This document shows, piece by piece, positions 60,200-64,000 of a DNA stretch of 64,000 bases; position 1 is the first letter of the stretch, and each line of letters opens with the position of its first letter. Where the stretch lies: the NCBI GenBank assembly GCA_963714015.1, contig OY970223.1, positions 1,792,001 to 1,856,000 of the forward strand, read 5' to 3'. This DNA is from Vulcanimicrobiota bacterium. Its GTDB lineage: Bacteria; Vulcanimicrobiota; Vulcanimicrobiia; Vulcanimicrobiales; Vulcanimicrobiaceae. Under the pieces are notes generated by a model, which ran no database searches, had not been told where the DNA came from, and saw only the letters and a list, made by a program, of their open reading frames with translations. Position numbers and translations under genes: made by a program.

Positions 60200-61518
60200 T
60201 ACGCGAGTGCGGCTTCGATAGCTTGCGCGACGTCGCTTAAATTGTGCGGGCCGTAGACTGTTGCATATCCCAGTTTGTTGGCTTCGGCAATGCGCCGCGC
60301 GGCAGCATTGACGGCGCGGATTTCGCCGGAGAGGCCAAGTTCGCCGAATGCGACCGCATCGGCCGGGAGCGGGCGGTTGCGGAACGACGATGCAATTGCG
60401 AGCGCGATGCCGAGATCCGCAGCGGGTTCGTTTACGCGCAAGCCGCCCGCGACGGACGCATAGATGTCATGAGCACCGAGTTGCATGCCGGCGCGGCGCT
60501 CCAGGACGGCAATGATCATCGCCAGGCGCGCTTGGTCGACGTTGTTGGCAAGACGCCGCGGCGTACCGTAACTGGTCTCGCCGACCAACGCCTGTACTTC
60601 GAGCAGAACCGGACGCGAACCGACGATTCCGGCGACGACGCACGAACCGCTTGGGCGGCCGGTGCGCCCGGACAGAAAGACTTCGGACGGATTGGAAACT
60701 TCGTGCAGGCCATCGGAATGCATCGAAAAGACGCAGATCTCATCGATGCTGCCGAAGCGGTTTTTATACGCTCGCACGATACGATATTCGCCGCTGGCTT
60801 CGCCTTCGAAGTACAATACCGTGTCGACCAGATGCTCGAGCAGCCGGGGACCGGCGATCGTACCTTCTTTCGTGACGTGACCGACGATGAACGTCGGCGA
60901 TTCAGTGCGTTTTGCAAACTCCATGAGGGCTTGCGTACAGTCGCGCACCTGGGTGACGCTGCCCGCATAGGACTCGGATTCGGGCAGCCACACAGTTTGT
61001 ATCGAGTCGACGATCAGCGCAGCCGGCTGCAGTTTTTCGATTTGATCGAGAACGTTGCGCAGGTTCGTCTCGGGAAAGACGAGGAGATGTTCGCTGTTCA
61101 CGAGTCCTAGGCGGTGCGCGCGCAATTTGACTTGCGCGGCGGATTCTTCGCCGCAAACGTAGATGACGGGACCGCTCTCGAGCATTGCGGCGATCTGCAG
61201 AAGCAGCGTCGATTTGCCCGCACCGGGCGGCCCGCCAATCAGTGTAAGGCTGCCGGGAACGATGCCGCCGCCGAGCACCCCATCGAACTCGTGCAGCCCG
61301 GTGCGCATGCGTTCCAAACGCGCATCGTCCACGTCGTTCAGTGAGATGGGGCCGGCGGCCGTGCGAAGCGGCGCAACCGCAGCGGACCTGGCTGCGACCA
61401 CGCGTATCGGACGTTCGTCGAAGGAATTCCACGCCCGGCATTGCGGGCAACGGCCCAGCCAACGCGGCGATTCAAAGCCGCACCCGGAGCAGAAATAGAC
61501 CGAACGCGCCTTGGCCAT
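60199..61518 (-). CDS. radA: DNA repair protein RadA/Sms
   Basis: C4 zinc finger CSGC...CPQC, Walker A GPPGAGKST, KNRFG, Lon-like C-terminus; ATG 61518. Confidence 0.95.
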   Translation of the reverse strand: MAKARSVYFCSGCGFESPRWLGRCPQCRAWNSFDERPIRVVAARSAAVAPLRTAAGPISLNDVDDARLERMRTGLHEFDGVLGGGIVPGSLTLIGGPPGAGKSTLLLQIAAMLESGPVIYVCGEESAAQVKLRAHRLGLVNSEHLLVFPETNLRNVLDQIEKLQPAALIVDSIQTVWLPESESYAGSVTQVRDCTQALMEFAKRTESPTFIVGHVTKEGTIAGPRLLEHLVDTVLYFEGEASGEYRIVRAYKNRFGSIDEICVFSMHSDGLHEVSNPSEVFLSGRTGRPSGSCVVAGIVGSRPVLLEVQALVGETSYGTPRRLANNVDQARLAMIIAVLERRAGMQLGAHDIYASVAGGLRVNEPAADLGIALAIASSFRNRPLPADAVAFGELGLSGEIRAVNAAARRIAEANKLGYATVYGPHNLSDVAQAIEAALA

Positions 61519-61654
61519 AGCCCTGAATTTAGCGAACGCTCGTGAAGAGTCTTTTACCGTGAGCTTGCCGCCCGCGGTTCGACGTTGGCCGCTATGGCGG
61601 TGCGGCCGGCGTTGCCCCGCAGGAAGAGTCGTCTCCCGGAAAAAGGTTCGTGCG

Positions 61655-62338
61655 GTGCAACGCTCGCTGCAGATCGCCATCGACGGCCCGGCTGCTTCAG
61701 GCAAGACGACCGTCGCGCGAGCGCTCGCCGATCGCCTAGGCGTTCTTTATCTGGACACCGGCGCGATGTACCGGGCGTTAGCGTACACAGCGCTGGGCAC
61801 GCAAACGGATTTGGATAACGAAAACGCGCTCGTTCGTTTGTTCGAACAACATCGCATCCGGGTGGAGCTCGATCGCAGTTCACCGTTGGGATTCAGAATT
61901 TTTGCGGCAAGCCGGGAGCTGACGGCGCAGGATTTGGAGTCGCCGCAAGTTACGGCCGTCGTTTCCACGATCGCTTCACATCCGCGCGTCCGTGAAGCGA
62001 TGGTTCGGGAACAGCGCCGTATTGCGCAAGCGGGTCCCGTAGTGATGGCGGGCCGCGACATCGGCACGGTCGTTCTGCCCGATGCGCCCTTCAAGATTTT
62101 CCTTACTGCATCGGTCGAGGCGCGAGTCGCCCGCCGGCGGCAGCAACTGGAGCGCGCGGGCGTCGACGTCGGTGTGCACGAACTGACGAAAGACATCGAA
62201 GAGCGCGATCGGCTGGACGAAAGCCGGAAGACTTCGCCCTTGCGGCAAGCTTCGGACGCGCACCGCATCGATTCCAGCAATTTGAGCGTTCAGGGGGTCG
62301 TCGACCGCATTTGCCGCATCGTCGAAGCTCGTGTGTAA
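61655..62338 (+). CDS. cmk: cytidylate kinase
   Basis: IAIDGPAASGKTT, YLDTGAMYRA, GRDIGTVV, RDRLD; start approximate. Confidence 0.92.
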   Translation: MQRSLQIAIDGPAASGKTTVARALADRLGVLYLDTGAMYRALAYTALGTQTDLDNENALVRLFEQHRIRVELDRSSPLGFRIFAASRELTAQDLESPQVTAVVSTIASHPRVREAMVREQRRIAQAGPVVMAGRDIGTVVLPDAPFKIFLTASVEARVARRRQQLERAGVDVGVHELTKDIEERDRLDESRKTSPLRQASDAHRIDSSNLSVQGVVDRICRIVEARV

Positions 62339-62374
62339 AGCCCTCATGACCCGGCTGAACGCGACGTTTCCAAC

Positions 62375-62974
62375 GTGAACGAACCGCTCTACGATCTTGC
62401 GAAGTATTCGTTTTGGGCGCTCTTCGGATCGATTTGGCGCATGCGCGTGTTCGGCAGCGAAAACGTTCCCAAGGCGGGTCCGCTTATCGTCGCATGCAAT
62501 CACGTCTCGTATTTGGATCCGCCGGTCTTGGGCACGGCGTGTCCGCGTCGGATCGAATACATGGCCAAGCGCCAGCTCTTTGAAATTCCGATCCTGGGGC
62601 CGCTGATCTCGGCGGTCGGTGCGTATCCGGTCGATCGCGAGGGCTCGGCTTCTGCGGCGATAAAGCGCTCGGTCGAAGTGCTGCGGCGCGGCGGCGCAAT
62701 CGGCATTTTTCCGGAAGGCACGCGCAACGCCGCGGGGACCGTTCAGGCCCGTACGGGTGCGGCGCTGCTGGCATCGTTGGCTGGAGCGCCGGTGACTCCC
62801 GCGCGCGTGGTCGGCACGAGCGAAGCCAAACGGCTTTCGGCGATTCGTGTCTACTTCGGGCCCCCGCTCGCGCTTCCGGAGGGGCGGAAAGCGAGCCGCG
62901 AGGAGATGGCGAACTTCACGGACGAGGTGATGCGGGCAATTCGCGCGCTGCCGGAACGCTTTGATCGAACGTAA
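62375..62974 (+). CDS. plsC: 1-acyl-sn-glycerol-3-phosphate acyltransferase
   Basis: NHVSYLD and IFPEGTR motifs; follows cmk. Confidence 0.85.
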   Translation: MNEPLYDLAKYSFWALFGSIWRMRVFGSENVPKAGPLIVACNHVSYLDPPVLGTACPRRIEYMAKRQLFEIPILGPLISAVGAYPVDREGSASAAIKRSVEVLRRGGAIGIFPEGTRNAAGTVQARTGAALLASLAGAPVTPARVVGTSEAKRLSAIRVYFGPPLALPEGRKASREEMANFTDEVMRAIRALPERFDRT

Positions 62975-63938
62975 CGAGATCTTCGAAGAGCACCTGTACG
63001 GGCTGATCCGGGATTACCGCGGTTCGCGGCAAGTTTCGGACATGCTCTTTTACCATTTCGGCTATGGGCAGTACGGACCGGCGCGCAGCGGAAAGCGTTT
63101 GCGGCCACGGCTGCTGCTCAAAGTCGCCGAAGCGGAAGGGGCTCGCGTCGAAGATGCGCTGGATGCTGCCGCGGCGGTCGAGATTCTGCACAATTACTCC
63201 CTCGTTCATGACGACATCGAGGACGGCGACGAACTGCGTCACGGACGCAAAACGCTGTGGCACGTGTACGGCATTCCGCAAGCTCTGAACGCGGGCGACG
63301 CGCTTTGTGCAGTGAGTTTCCTCGTTTTAATGAAGGCCACCGCAAGACATTCGGACGAGCGCGTCCTGCGCATGGTGCGAGCGTTGCATGAAGCGCACGA
63401 AACCATGTGCGACGGTCAGTCGCTCGATCTCGCCTTCGAACGAGCGCAACGCGTGGATCTCCAAGAGTACCATCGCATGATCGGCGCTAAAACGGCGGCG
63501 CTCTTCGGCGCGTCGTCCGAACTCGGCGCCCTCTGCGCGCCGTGTGAGAGCGCAGACGTGCAGCGGTATCGCGATCTCGGCCGCGCGTACGGGCTTGCGT
63601 TCCAAATTCGCGACGACGTCCTGGGCGTGTGGGGCAGTTTGGAAGCGACCGGTAAAGTGCGCTGCAGCGACATCGCCCGGCGAAAATGGACGTTTCCGGT
63701 GGTATGGGCCCTCAGCGGGCAGGCCTCGCCCGCCCGCAGCCGGATCGAACAAGCGTATGCCGAGTCCAACCTGCTTGACGAAGCAGCCGTCTCTTCCGTA
63801 AAGGCTGCGCTGGATGAGGTGGGGGCCAAAGAGGCCGCAAACGCGGCAATTGCCGAACACCTCTCGGTCGTCGAGCGCCACCCGGTGGGCAGCGTTCGCG
63901 ACTTTTTGTTGAGTTCGCTGGAACTGGCGTCCTCGTAA
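62961..63938 (+). CDS. polyprenyl diphosphate synthase
   Basis: GKRLRP, HDDIEDGDELRHG, GQSLD, KTAALF, FQIRDD. Confidence 0.9.
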   Translation: MIERNEIFEEHLYGLIRDYRGSRQVSDMLFYHFGYGQYGPARSGKRLRPRLLLKVAEAEGARVEDALDAAAAVEILHNYSLVHDDIEDGDELRHGRKTLWHVYGIPQALNAGDALCAVSFLVLMKATARHSDERVLRMVRALHEAHETMCDGQSLDLAFERAQRVDLQEYHRMIGAKTAALFGASSELGALCAPCESADVQRYRDLGRAYGLAFQIRDDVLGVWGSLEATGKVRCSDIARRKWTFPVVWALSGQASPARSRIEQAYAESNLLDEAAVSSVKAALDEVGAKEAANAAIAEHLSVVERHPVGSVRDFLLSSLELASS

Positions 63939-63961
63939 GGAGGACGGTCGGGAGAGACAAG

Positions 63962-64000
63962 TTGAGCACGACCAAAGCGGAACTGCAAAGCCCGATTCGC
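63962..64000 (+). CDS. probable start of the next gene (truncated by window edge)
   Basis: GGAG upstream, TTG 63962, frame open to the end; too short to identify. Confidence 0.3.
   Translation, partial: MSTTKAELQSPIR

Noticed and set aside
1..64000. Mobile elements, prophage or defence island
   Set aside because: No transposase, integrase, phage structural, restriction or toxin-antitoxin genes recognised; content looks like core chromosome.

Overview
A GC-rich bacterial chromosomal window made mostly of housekeeping genes. It combines outer-membrane features (TolC, probable beta-barrels) with Terrabacteria-type genes (ClpC, OpcA, an AccE-like subunit), which would fit Candidatus Eremiobacterota/Vulcanimicrobiota; that placement is inference only. 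Gene blocks: murQ; a propionyl-CoA/methylmalonyl-CoA cluster with fabI; clpC; a WYL-domain regulator; hutHUI plus an amidohydrolase; a TetR-controlled EmrAB-TolC-type efflux operon; a pentose-phosphate superoperon (tkt, tal-pgi fusion, gnd, zwf, opcA, pgl); dapD; radA; cmk-plsC-polyprenyl synthase. I saw no transposase, integrase, rRNA, tRNA or CRISPR array. The most notable element is the interval 24349-25001 just downstream of the WYL gene. It holds two tandem, diverged ~200-nt non-coding transcription units on the minus strand. Each has a sigma70-type promoter (TTGCNA-17-TACCAT), a 5' hairpin, a variable middle, a conserved internal-loop hairpin with compensatory base changes, an intrinsic terminator, and DnaA-box-like 9-mers at identical distances upstream of the -35. 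A second structured-RNA candidate lies at about 31442-31623. Four genes carry single-base frameshifts that look like sequencing indels.
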